Shown: positions 8,248 to 16,606 of the stretch, in pieces | How positions within the stretch are numbered: position 1 is the stretch's first letter | Layout: every line of letters starts with the position of its first letter | IMG/VR virus record: IMGVR_UViG_3300012347_000097 | Location: 1 to 40,573 of that record | Source of the DNA: a virus | Direction: 5' to 3' (one strand) | Length of the DNA stretch: 40,573 nt | The notes under the pieces: model-generated | Database searches by the model: none | What the model was told of the DNA's origin: nothing | The model's input: only the letters and a program-made list of their open reading frames with translations | Translations under genes and position numbers: made by a program

Positions 8248-10482
8248 GTGGCTGGTCGCGACATAACAGAACCGATTCTGCACCCAATTGGAATTGAATC
8301 CACTGGTGCAATCTGGCAGAATACTGACATTGCCTATGACGTTGCTCTAGGTGGTATGCCGTTTATCCTTGCAACCAATGATGCACGCCCTAAACTTCGT
8401 GGCACAGCACCATTTAAGAAGGACCAGTTTGACAATGGCGCAGAAGCAGGAGAAGCATCCCTTACAGGATGGTGGCTCCGCTCACAGATGTCATTCCACT
8501 CTGGTGAGGGCATCAAGTTCTATGACCCAGCAACTACTGCTGAGGTAGGACACTATCGCTTTGCCGAGTCAGAAGGACTCGATGTATGGACAAAGGGTGA
8601 GACCAAACTTCTCAATAAGACTAACATCATTGGATACCCTGCAGCGGGCCTGCAGTCCAATGGTCGCTCAACCCACCATACTTCCTCTATCAAGTGGACA
8701 GTATCTGGAACTTTATACCAAGGCGTACTAGATGGTGGCGACTTTAACATTGTCCGCGTTACGAACACTGGGGCTATTCAGCCGCTTGTCGTATTGACTG
8801 GCACGCAAGATAAAATTTACTCAATGTGCAACGATGGCGAATATGTATACTACATTGTCAATGAAGTATCTGGTTCACTCAAGATGCACATGTACAAGAA
8901 GTCTCTTAACGCAGCAGTCGGCGATGCGCCGACCCTTATGTTCAACAACTCTGTCGTGGTATCCAACTCAACAATGGCTTACATTAAAGAGCGTATTGTT
9001 GCTGGCGTAAACAACGGCATCTATGAACTGACTGCAGTTTCATCATCTTTGCCTACGGCAGTATACGCACACCCAACTGCAAGCCATATTTGGTCATCGG
9101 TTGCAGCGTCAGGTTCAGCAATCTATGTATCTGGCTGGAACGGGTTACTCTCCAGTATTGTTAAGTTTACACTTACCACATCTGGTACTATGCCAACTTT
9201 GACTTCTGCTATCACAACTGCAGAACTTCCAGATGGCGAGCGCATCTACGCTCTCCGCTACTACCTAGGTCGTCTTATGATTGGCACACTTAAGGGTGTG
9301 CGTGCGGCAAGCATTTCAGAAAACGATGGTTCTGTAATTTATGGTCCACTTATTGTTGAGACACATCAGCCAGTATTTGGCTTTGCCTCACGACAGAGTT
9401 ATGTATGGTGTGCCTCTGGCACAACAACAGGCAAGCAGGGCTTGATTCGCATTGACTTGTCCAATGAACTTGAGCCACTTCGCTATGCTTATGCAAATGA
9501 CTTGCAGATTTCTACACCAATTGACGGTGGACAAACTGTATCAGTTGGGTTCCTCGGTGAGACCGATGAGATTTTCTTCTCTAACTGCTCATCTGCTGGT
9601 CGTGTAACACAGAGCATCACTAACAAGCAATTGACTGACAATGTGGCTACACTTACTACTGCAACAGCCCATAGTTACATGGTGGGTCAGGCTGTATACA
9701 TAACTGGAGTTGGCGCTCCATTTGATTCAGCAGCCAACTTCCCAGTCGGTAGCCATAAGATTATCACAGCAGTATCTACCGATATGCTTTCATTCAGTTA
9801 CGCAGTGACTAATGCTGATATTGCATCAACTGCTGTGTCACCTGCTGGAACTGCTTTTGCCGCAGGTACTGCATGCATTGAGTCTGCTACAGAACTTACT
9901 GAAACTGGCTATCTAACTACAGGTAACATTCGCTACAACACGCTAGAACCTAAGAACTTCAAGCGTCTTCTTGGGCGCGGAGACTTCACCTACGGCTCTA
10001 TGTCATTGCAGACAGTAGATGCCAAGGGTGTACAGTATGACCACATCACTTACGATGCTGGCATTGAACCAGTAGAAGTTACAACCTCTAGCCCATCAAG
10101 GGCTCAGGAGTATGTAGCCTACAAGTTTGTGTTGGCTCGTCATGGGGCAGACGTAACTAAGGGTCCAGTATTCAAGGGATACCAAGCAAAGTCTACAATC
10201 GCAACACCGCGTCAGCGGGTTATGCAGTTCTATGTCTACAATATGGATGTTGAAACAGACAGATACAATGTCGAGTTCGGCTACAATGGCCGAGCATTTG
10301 AACGCCAGATGCAACTTGAGGACATTGAAGAGTCAGGCGATATCATCACCTACCAGGACTTAAATACTGGTGAGTCTCGCCAGGTTCAAATCGAAAACAT
10401 CCAACTTATGGGAACCACACCACCAGATAAGGAAAACACTGGTTTTGGTGGAATCCTCCAGATTACAATTAGGACCGTATAG
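8248..10482 (+). CDS. Large tail / host-adsorption apparatus protein (744 aa)
   Basis: GTG start 5 nt after AAGGAG. Called from its size and its position between the fibre genes and the lysis cassette. No motif recognised. Confidence 0.6.
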   Translation: MAGRDITEPILHPIGIESTGAIWQNTDIAYDVALGGMPFILATNDARPKLRGTAPFKKDQFDNGAEAGEASLTGWWLRSQMSFHSGEGIKFYDPATTAEVGHYRFAESEGLDVWTKGETKLLNKTNIIGYPAAGLQSNGRSTHHTSSIKWTVSGTLYQGVLDGGDFNIVRVTNTGAIQPLVVLTGTQDKIYSMCNDGEYVYYIVNEVSGSLKMHMYKKSLNAAVGDAPTLMFNNSVVVSNSTMAYIKERIVAGVNNGIYELTAVSSSLPTAVYAHPTASHIWSSVAASGSAIYVSGWNGLLSSIVKFTLTTSGTMPTLTSAITTAELPDGERIYALRYYLGRLMIGTLKGVRAASISENDGSVIYGPLIVETHQPVFGFASRQSYVWCASGTTTGKQGLIRIDLSNELEPLRYAYANDLQISTPIDGGQTVSVGFLGETDEIFFSNCSSAGRVTQSITNKQLTDNVATLTTATAHSYMVGQAVYITGVGAPFDSAANFPVGSHKIITAVSTDMLSFSYAVTNADIASTAVSPAGTAFAAGTACIESATELTETGYLTTGNIRYNTLEPKNFKRLLGRGDFTYGSMSLQTVDAKGVQYDHITYDAGIEPVEVTTSSPSRAQEYVAYKFVLARHGADVTKGPVFKGYQAKSTIATPRQRVMQFYVYNMDVETDRYNVEFGYNGRAFERQMQLEDIEESGDIITYQDLNTGESRQVQIENIQLMGTTPPDKENTGFGGILQITIRTV

Positions 10483-10760
10483 TGACTATCGAACAAGTAC
10501 TTGGTGGCATAGCAATACTCGGTGCGGGCCTGGCGATTATGCGCTGGGTTATCCGCAACGAGGTGCGAGAAGTATCTCAGGACACCAAGGAGATTAAGCA
10601 TGAAGTAACCCCTAATAGTGGTTCATCAATGAATGACTATATCAAGAAGGAGATACTTCCCCTGCTCAAGGAAATGCGTTCTGACCAGATTGAGATTAAG
10701 GTCAACGTCGGTACACTAGAAGGCAAGTTCGAACAACATGTAAGGGAGCATAATGCATGA
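10482..10760 (+). CDS. Membrane-anchored coiled-coil protein of the lysis cassette (92 aa)
   Basis: The GTG start overlaps the upstream TAG. N-terminal TM helix GGIAILGAGLAIMRWVI, then a charged helical tail. Directly upstream of the peptidase. Confidence 0.55.
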   Translation: MTIEQVLGGIAILGAGLAIMRWVIRNEVREVSQDTKEIKHEVTPNSGSSMNDYIKKEILPLLKEMRSDQIEIKVNVGTLEGKFEQHVREHNA

Positions 10761-11206
10761 CCATTGCAAAGACGGCTGCACCTGCGGCCAAAGCACTTTT
10801 GCGCCAGGCGACGGCATTGAGACCGAAGCGCAACAAGGCATCGGATGGATTACTTCCGAGTCTCGCGCATCAGAAACAGAATCCTTCCTCAGACCACAAC
10901 ACGGGTTTCGCCGTAGACTTAACACATGACCCAGTGTTTGGTATTAGCGGTGACGACGTGTTCTTCGAACTCCAGAAGGACAAGCGCGTAAAGTACCTTA
11001 TCTTCAAAGGCCGTATCTGGTCCAAGGAGAAGGGCAACCGTGAGTATACAGGTTCCAACCAGCATAAGAAGCATGTCCATGTCTCCATCAAGGAGACCGC
11101 TGGAAATGATACTTCCAACTGGTTCCCATGGCTTCCTGAGCCAACTCAGGTAAACAAAATGAAAGCAGCGGTTCTCCCGCTTCCTAAGAAGAAGGTAGCA
11201 AAATGA
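10757..11206 (+). CDS. Peptidase M15-family cell-wall hydrolase (endolysin candidate, 149 aa)
   Basis: Zn-ligand pattern SDHNTGFAVD (H-x6-D) plus HVHVS, as in the VanY/hedgehog-type M15 fold. Followed by a holin-like gene. Confidence 0.7.
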   Translation: MTIAKTAAPAAKALLRQATALRPKRNKASDGLLPSLAHQKQNPSSDHNTGFAVDLTHDPVFGISGDDVFFELQKDKRVKYLIFKGRIWSKEKGNREYTGSNQHKKHVHVSIKETAGNDTSNWFPWLPEPTQVNKMKAAVLPLPKKKVAK

Positions 11207-11406
11207 AGAAGTTCCTTACCCCAGCACGCGTCAAGGCTGTCAAGGCTTGGGCTACAGCAGTACTGGCAGTTGCAGTATTTTCTGGAGTTCAGTTGGTGAC
11301 AGACCTAGCACCACAGTACGCAGCCCTTATCGCTGCTCTTGCCGCTCCTGCTATCAAGTGGGCAGACAAGAACGACGATGCATTTGGACTAGGCTCCAAG
11401 AAATAG
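11203..11406 (+). CDS. Holin-like small membrane protein (67 aa)
   Basis: Two hydrophobic segments (AWATAVLAVAVFSGVQLV and YAALIAALAAPAI) and a charged C-terminus. ATGA-coupled to the peptidase. Confidence 0.55.
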   Translation: MKKFLTPARVKAVKAWATAVLAVAVFSGVQLVTDLAPQYAALIAALAAPAIKWADKNDDAFGLGSKK

Positions 11407-11442
11407 CCTAAATAAGCCTTCTAAGGCCCTTTTAAGACAAGA

Positions 11443-11487
11443 AACCCCCTTACTCTAGTAAATATACTAGGGCGAGGGGGTCTTTTG
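11443..11487. terminator. Bidirectional stem-loop terminator between convergent genes
   Basis: ACCCCCTTACTCTAGTA ... TACTAGGGCGAGGGGGT, followed by CTTTTGT on the + strand and preceded by an A-run for the - strand. Confidence 0.6.
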
Positions 11488-11500
11488 TCGTTTCTAGAGG

Positions 11501-11668
11501 TTATTCGTTGGCAAGTTCTTCTTGCTCTTCTTCCCATTCAAGGAAGATTTTCGTGTCTTGCCAGTCGTAATACTTGTTCACTGCCCAGTCGATTGCCTTA
11601 ACTCCTAGGTTGGCGAGAGCCAATGCAGTGAGGACACCGATGACCAGTTGTGCATAAGAAATTGACAT
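11501..11668 (-). CDS. Orphan small membrane protein (55 aa, below the track cutoff)
   Basis: Hand translation: MSISYAQLVIGVLTALALANLGVKAIDWAVNKYYDWQDTKIFLEWEEEQEELANE. One TM helix and an acidic tail. AAGGAG lies 5 nt upstream of the ATG. Confidence 0.55.
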   Translation of the reverse strand: MSISYAQLVIGVLTALALANLGVKAIDWAVNKYYDWQDTKIFLEWEEEQEELANE

Positions 11669-11703
11669 AGTACTCCTTAGAGATATATAATTATATATTA
11701 TAT

Positions 11704-11725
11704 ACGAACGCCTAGAAGCGTTCGT
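11704..11725. promoter_or_regulatory. Perfect 8-bp inverted repeat ACGAACGC-N6-GCGTTCGT in an AT-rich control region
   Basis: Read directly. The half-sites CGAAC/GTTCG match the SOS boxes at 25677, 25822 and 26168, but the spacing is 10 nt. Confidence 0.4.
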
Positions 11726-11794
11726 TATTATATATTGTTTATTATATAGAAATTATACAGACCAGATAACCAACTGTCAAATCATTTTAACCAT

Positions 11795-11823
11795 TTGACA
11801 TCTACCAACTGTAGAGTTATACT
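11795..11823 (+). promoter_or_regulatory. Sigma70-type promoter giving a leaderless transcript for the replication operon
   Basis: TTGACA (11795-11800), a 17-nt spacer, then TATACT (11818-11823). The ATG at 11830 lies 6 nt after the -10 element. ACCAACTGT repeats flank the -35 element. Confidence 0.6.
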
Positions 11824-11829
11824 GGAATA

Positions 11830-12021
11830 ATGTCAATTGAACTAGAAGAATATACCCTACCAGAGCACATGTCGTACTCTGCGTTCACTACATACCTAAC
11901 CTGTGGCTACCAATATTACCTCGGTAGACTACTCAACAAGAAAGAATCACCGTCTGTTTGGTCTGTCGGAGGTACGGCATTCCACTTAGCATGCGAGAAT
12001 TGGGACAAGGAAAATGGCTAA
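11830..12021 (+). CDS. Cas4/RecB-family PD-(D/E)XK exonuclease, N-terminal fragment (63 aa)
   Basis: MSYSAFTTYLTCGYQYYLGRLL...WSVGGTAFHLACENW matches the N-terminal Cys plus the GTAxH motif of phage Cas4-like exonucleases. It stops after WDKENG. Confidence 0.65.
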   Translation: MSIELEEYTLPEHMSYSAFTTYLTCGYQYYLGRLLNKKESPSVWSVGGTAFHLACENWDKENG

Positions 12022-12421
12022 AAAGACACTACTTGGCAAGTTGAAGGAAGAAGTAATCGCTAACCCTACTGGAAGAACAGACGATGAAGTTCTTGGCGAA
12101 CTCATCGATATGGCTACCACAGAGGCTCAGTTGCAGTACCTGACACGTAAGAACCACATCGATGACCCAACTAAGGTCAGAGACCTTGAGTGGAAACTCA
12201 GTTCTAAGCAACGCGAAGTGGATAGTTTTGCCGAGAGATACACCAGTACTCTTGCTCAGAACAGGACAATTCAGGAGACTATCAACCTACTCAGCAAGAT
12301 GATGGTAGACCAGAACCTCAAGACAGTAGAACTGCTAACAGATAAACTGACAGAGCAAGCAACCAAGTCAGTGCCAACTAAATCAAAGGATGAATATGAC
12401 TGCTGTGAAGACTGCGGCTAG
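12014..12421 (+). CDS. Embedded coiled-coil ORF splitting the nuclease gene (135 aa)
   Basis: Track ORF whose ATG overlaps the stop of the N-fragment and whose end (CCEDCG*) overlaps the start of the C-fragment. No nuclease motif seen. Confidence 0.55.
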   Translation: MAKKTLLGKLKEEVIANPTGRTDDEVLGELIDMATTEAQLQYLTRKNHIDDPTKVRDLEWKLSSKQREVDSFAERYTSTLAQNRTIQETINLLSKMMVDQNLKTVELLTDKLTEQATKSVPTKSKDEYDCCEDCG

Positions 12422-13019
12422 CCTGTTCCAGGCTGCATGGGATGAGAGCAAGGGCGATATTGACCTAAGCACAGCCCGTGTAGGAGGTCGCGAGACCAAG
12501 GCTAACCCTAACAAGGAAGACGTAAACTTCTGGCTTGCAGCAGGTCCACGATGGGTAGATGGCTACATTGCTTGGCGCAAGGCTAACCCTCATTGGAAAA
12601 TCTGGACAACACCAGAAGGTGCTAAGGCCATCGAACTCGAACTCAACCCAATTGTGGCTGGTGTTCAAGTCAAGATGGTCATTGACCGCATCTTTGAAGT
12701 TGATGGTCAGTTGGTCATCTGTGACCTTAAGACGTCTCAGAAGACACCCGCTAACACACTCCAACTCGGCTTCTATAAACTAGGAGTCGAACAGACATTC
12801 GGACGTGAGGTTAAGTGGGGTAACTACTACATGGCTCGAGGCTCAGGAGTCTCAGAGTTCGTAGACCTATCAGAGTATACATTTGACAAGATGGAGTATC
12901 TGATAAAACAATTTGACACTGCACGTCGTGCAGGTGTATTCTTACCCAACACAAACAATTGCCAGTACATGTGCGGTTTAACGGACTACTGTCAATTCTC
13001 TACAAAGAAGGAAATCTAA
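12390..13019 (+). CDS. Cas4/RecB-family PD-(D/E)XK exonuclease, C-terminal fragment (209 aa)
   Basis: Catalytic core IDRIFEVDGQLVICDLKTSQK, QLGFY, and the C-terminal cysteine cluster CQYMCGLTDYC. Confidence 0.7.
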   Translation: MNMTAVKTAASLFQAAWDESKGDIDLSTARVGGRETKANPNKEDVNFWLAAGPRWVDGYIAWRKANPHWKIWTTPEGAKAIELELNPIVAGVQVKMVIDRIFEVDGQLVICDLKTSQKTPANTLQLGFYKLGVEQTFGREVKWGNYYMARGSGVSEFVDLSEYTFDKMEYLIKQFDTARRAGVFLPNTNNCQYMCGLTDYCQFSTKKEI

Positions 13020-13421
13020 ATGGCAGAAGATTGGAAGTTGCAAGTCTCCTATAAGTTATCAACTGGAGACCTCATTAACATCCGCGCTAACACAGCAGAT
13101 GAACTCAGTGTGTTCCTTGAGAACATTGGTGACTATGCCACACAGATTCATGCAACCCAGAAGTTGCTGACTCAGGCAGGTACACTAGCCCCCCTGTCGA
13201 CTGCGCCTACCACTACAGGCACAACGCCACCGCCTTACTCACCTCCAACCCAGGCGAATACTCCACCCGCTACAGCAGCACCAGGAGCGACATCGGGACC
13301 GACATGCGTTCACGGAGCACGCAAGTACAAGTCGGGAATCTCAAGCAAGACGGGAAACCCATACTCAATGTGGGTATGTCCGATGCCTCAGGGCGCGGAC
13401 CAGTGCAAGCCAGTCAACTAA
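13020..13421 (+). CDS. Hypothetical protein with a Pro/Thr linker and C-terminal Cys motif (133 aa)
   Basis: Track ORF with an N-terminal domain, the linker PTTTGTTPPPYSPPTQANTPP, and then CVHG...WVCP...QC. Confidence 0.55.
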   Translation: MAEDWKLQVSYKLSTGDLINIRANTADELSVFLENIGDYATQIHATQKLLTQAGTLAPLSTAPTTTGTTPPPYSPPTQANTPPATAAPGATSGPTCVHGARKYKSGISSKTGNPYSMWVCPMPQGADQCKPVN

Positions 13422-13460
13422 CACCAGAAGTGATACCATTCTAAGAAGGAGTTCTCCAAA

Positions 13461-14243
13461 ATGCGCACACTCGTACGTTCTGTCGGCAAGGCGTCCATAG
13501 GCGGAGAACCCCTTCCTAGTTGCTTCAAAGCATTTGCACAAAACCAGATTGTAATTAGACGTTCAGAAGTTTCTATGTTTGCAGCAGCACCAGGGGCAGG
13601 TAAATCAACACTTGCTTTGGCTCTTGCACTCAAGACCAATGTACCAACTTTGTATTTCTCAGCAGATACAAATGCACATACAATGGCAATGCGTCTAGCC
13701 TCTATGATTTCGGGGAAGAGTCAGTCAGAGGTAGAGCATAAACTTAATACTGATGTTGGATGGACAAAGGCAGTCCTCCAAAGAGGAAGTCACATAGTCT
13801 GGTCGTTCGAGTCAGCGCCTAGTCTCGAAGATATCATTGAAGAAGTACAAGCATTTGAAGAACTTTGGGGATGCTCCCCATCAATGATTGTACTTGACAA
13901 CTTAACAGATATTGCCACAGATGGTGGCGAAGAGTTCGCATCAATGCGAGCCATTATGAAGGAGTTGAAGTATCTTGCTAGAGCGACTAATGCAGCAGTG
14001 GTCCTACTACACCATACTTCGGAAGCAGTACCAGGCAACCCTTGTCAGCCCCGCTCGGCTATCCAAGGTAAGGTCTCTGCGATGCCTGCTCTCATATGTA
14101 CGCTCGGAGTGGTCGGCACATCGCTTGGCGTGGCGACTGTTAAGAATCGCTATGGAAGAGCAGACCAGAACGGAACGCTAATGACGTGGCTTGCATTCAA
14201 CCCTGAATACATGTATGTAGAGGATATACCAGAGAACGTATGA
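13461..14243 (+). CDS. DnaB-like helicase / RecA-fold ATPase (260 aa)
   Basis: Walker A AAPGAGKST, Walker B MIVLDNL, and ATNAAVVLLHHTSE. AAGGAG RBS. Confidence 0.65.
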   Translation: MRTLVRSVGKASIGGEPLPSCFKAFAQNQIVIRRSEVSMFAAAPGAGKSTLALALALKTNVPTLYFSADTNAHTMAMRLASMISGKSQSEVEHKLNTDVGWTKAVLQRGSHIVWSFESAPSLEDIIEEVQAFEELWGCSPSMIVLDNLTDIATDGGEEFASMRAIMKELKYLARATNAAVVLLHHTSEAVPGNPCQPRSAIQGKVSAMPALICTLGVVGTSLGVATVKNRYGRADQNGTLMTWLAFNPEYMYVEDIPENV

Positions 14244-14407
14244 CACTCGATGAATTGCGTAACGAATTAAAGCAAAAGTTTATGGCTCATTATTACGATT
14301 GTGCCAGGAGAGAATTGTTCGAAGAGGGCGCTGTATGGGAACATGCATACGTCATTGCTGACGGTGGATACAAAGCAGGAGATGAGTTGTTGTATGACCC
14401 ACGGTGA
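14240..14407 (+). CDS. Small hypothetical protein (55 aa, below the track cutoff)
   Basis: ATGA-coupled to the helicase. Hand translation: MTLDELRNELKQKFMAHYYDCARRELFEEGAVWEHAYVIADGGYKAGDELLYDPR. Confidence 0.5.
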   Translation: MTLDELRNELKQKFMAHYYDCARRELFEEGAVWEHAYVIADGGYKAGDELLYDPR

Positions 14408-14600
14408 ATTGGTATCTGCCCTCAAGAAGGGCATTGTTATGACTGGCAATAGGCTGGCATCACACGAAGAAAGTGCAAACCTATATCGTAGAACTATTCT
14501 TGCGGTAGTGGAATTGTGTAAGCCATCTGATTGGGATAATGACGATAACTTCTACTGGAAGCAAGAAATCCTAAAGACACTTGAACGGAACCTTAAATGA
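14394..14600 (+). CDS. Small hypothetical protein (68 aa)
   Basis: Internal ATG (MTHGELVSAL...) of track ORF 14301..14600. The upstream part of that ORF overlaps the better-looking 14240 ORF. Confidence 0.5.
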   Translation: MTHGELVSALKKGIVMTGNRLASHEESANLYRRTILAVVELCKPSDWDNDDNFYWKQEILKTLERNLK

Positions 14601-14971
14601 CAACACGCAAGTCGCACAAAGCAAGAGGAGCAACATATGAGACAGACCTCAAAGATTACTTTCGAGGACTTGGATATGACGCTGAACGCCTTGCTCGCAG
14701 AGGTAGCAAAGATGAAGGCGACATTGTTGTCCGAGCAGACTTCCTTGGAGCGAACATTGGAATCATTGAAGCAAAAGCCCCAGGCGCAGGCAATGCCATT
14801 GACCTCTCGGGGTGGAGCAAAGAGGCCCAAGTTGAAGCAACCAACTACGCAGAGGCTCGCGGCTTGGACCGCAAGGCAATTCTTCCGACGGTCCTAATCA
14901 AAGCACGTGGCAAATCAATTGCCGATTCATATCTAGTATTAAGGTTGGGCGATGTCTTCTCTAAAGAATGA
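14597..14971 (+). CDS. Holliday-junction-resolvase-like PD-(D/E)XK endonuclease (124 aa)
   Basis: ETDLKDYFRGLGYDAERLARRGSKDEGDIVV...IIEAKA gives an E...D...E-x-K arrangement like Hjc-type resolvases. Confidence 0.6.
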   Translation: MTTRKSHKARGATYETDLKDYFRGLGYDAERLARRGSKDEGDIVVRADFLGANIGIIEAKAPGAGNAIDLSGWSKEAQVEATNYAEARGLDRKAILPTVLIKARGKSIADSYLVLRLGDVFSKE

Positions 14972-15329
14972 CTTACCAGACATTATAGCAGTTCTGGAAC
15001 ACTACGGAGCAACCGTTCGTCGCTCCTCTGGACAAGTTAATATCAAGTGTCCGTTCCACAATGACTCGCACGCTAGTGCTAGTTACAATACAAGAAATAA
15101 TATTTTCAATTGCTTCGCGTGTGGTATGCAAGGCAATAGTATCCAAATTATTGCGAAGCAGGAAGGGTGTGACATACGTGAAGCAAAATCAATTGCAGAA
15201 GGATTTACTGGGACGAGCAACAACGAAGTACGCAGCGAATATTCATCTGGCCGCAGATTACCTAGTAAGTCGGGGAATAACAAAAGAAGTAGCATTGGCG
15301 GCTCGATTAGGCGTAGTATCGGAGCCTGA
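14952..15329 (+). CDS. DNA primase, CHC2 zinc-finger part (reading frame A)
   Basis: CPFHNDSHASASYNTRNNIFNCFACGMQGNSIQ is a DnaG-type CHC2 finger. After about aa 85 the translation becomes low-complexity (SGRRLPSKSGNNKRSS). Confidence 0.7.
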   Translation: MSSLKNDLPDIIAVLEHYGATVRRSSGQVNIKCPFHNDSHASASYNTRNNIFNCFACGMQGNSIQIIAKQEGCDIREAKSIAEGFTGTSNNEVRSEYSSGRRLPSKSGNNKRSSIGGSIRRSIGA

Positions 15330-15813
15330 ACCTGGACATGAAGCATACAAGAATCGTTTATCCATTCCTTACATTACTAAAACTGGTGTTGTCGATTTGC
15401 GGTTTAGGTCTCTTGATTCGGCGGTTGAGCCGAAGTATATGGGAATGACAGGCGCAGAGACAAAGATGTACAACGTACAAGATATTGAGAGGGCAGGTGA
15501 TTGGATTGGAGTATGCGAGGGAGAACTCGACACACTCACTCTATCAGCCCTCGTTGGAATTCCCTGCATTGGAGTCCCAGGAGCCAACTCTTGGAAGAAG
15601 CATTACACCAGACTCCTCGCAGACTTTGAACGAGTCTTTGTATTTGCAGATGGCGATGAGCCAGGTAGAGAATTTGCTCGAGGACTTGCAAAGGAACTAC
15701 CTGTCACAACTATCACAATGGAAGACGGCGAAGACGTTAATAGCACTTACGTTAAACACGGAGCAGAAGTAATTAGAGAGAAGATGGGTATGACAAATGA
15801 CTATGATGAATGA
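15061..15813 (+). CDS. DNA primase, TOPRIM part (reading frame A+1; no ATG near the domain start)
   Basis: AADYLVSRGITKEVALAARLGV...VCEGELDTLTL...VFADGDEPGREFA carries the TOPRIM E and DxD motifs. The meaningful sequence begins around 15200-15225. Confidence 0.7.
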   Translation: MTRTLVLVTIQEIIFSIASRVVCKAIVSKLLRSRKGVTYVKQNQLQKDLLGRATTKYAANIHLAADYLVSRGITKEVALAARLGVVSEPEPGHEAYKNRLSIPYITKTGVVDLRFRSLDSAVEPKYMGMTGAETKMYNVQDIERAGDWIGVCEGELDTLTLSALVGIPCIGVPGANSWKKHYTRLLADFERVFVFADGDEPGREFARGLAKELPVTTITMEDGEDVNSTYVKHGAEVIREKMGMTNDYDE

Positions 15814-16156
15814 GATTCCACCATGCCCCACCTGCGGTGAGCGCTTTGAGAATGTCTTTGAAGCAACAGACCATCTGCTTGAAGATGACGAGAATGAGTT
15901 CGACCCAGAGTTGGCCTTGCCTAACGGCTACTCTTTAGGTGTAGGCAGTCTACTGCGTTGCTTGTACTCACACGCATACGAACCAGAGCGCATCAAGGAG
16001 ATTACGCAGAATACATATGCAACTCTCTACGCATCCTCTATTGACCCAGATAGCATGATTGAACACATTGAAGACATCATAGTAGATACAGCAATGCACA
16101 ATGTTGAAGAAGAATTGGAATCGTTACTAAGTGATAACAGAGATGGAAAGGAATGA
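15797..16156 (+). CDS. Acidic hypothetical protein with an N-terminal CPTCG motif (119 aa)
   Basis: Track ORF overlapping the primase end. Confidence 0.55.
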   Translation: MTMMNEIPPCPTCGERFENVFEATDHLLEDDENEFDPELALPNGYSLGVGSLLRCLYSHAYEPERIKEITQNTYATLYASSIDPDSMIEHIEDIIVDTAMHNVEEELESLLSDNRDGKE

Positions 16157-16159
16157 GAT

Positions 16160-16606
16160 ATGGCAGATTATAACCCTACTGGTAAACCAAGGACTGAACG
16201 TAACAGAATATACGCTAACCTCCCCGTCATCAAGCCAGGGACAGAATACTACGGAGACCCAATCGGTAGCACCACTATCGCTGGGGGAGTGTACAAAGTA
16301 CCTGAGGGTGGTATTGCAGATTCCTCTCTTAAGTTCAACAACGACGTAGCAGATATTACATCAGGTCTATTCGACCTACTGATTAAGAAGCATGCGGACT
16401 ATGGTCCAAAGAATATCTCTCAGAGTCCAGGTGGCCCAGTCAACGGTCTACGTGTACGTATGTGGGACAAGATAGCGCGAATCAATAACCTTATTGATAG
16501 CGGTGCAACACCAGAGAACGAAAGCCTCATCGATTCCTATCGCGATTTGGCTAACTATTCAATCATAGCAATCATGGTATTGGAAGGAAAGTGGCCTAAT
16601 GAATAA
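16160..16606 (+). CDS. DUF1599-like protein (nucleotide-modification-associated domain 1) (148 aa)
   Basis: KKHADYGPKNI...GLRVRMWDKIARINNL...ESLIDSYRDLANYSIIA matches my recollection of the DUF1599 pattern. Confidence 0.55.
   Translation: MADYNPTGKPRTERNRIYANLPVIKPGTEYYGDPIGSTTIAGGVYKVPEGGIADSSLKFNNDVADITSGLFDLLIKKHADYGPKNISQSPGGPVNGLRVRMWDKIARINNLIDSGATPENESLIDSYRDLANYSIIAIMVLEGKWPNE

Noticed and set aside
11704-11725. Counting ACGAACGC-N6-GCGTTCGT as a fourth LexA box.
   Set aside because: The half-sites match, but they are 10 nt apart instead of 4. It is recorded as a hairpin or possible operator only.
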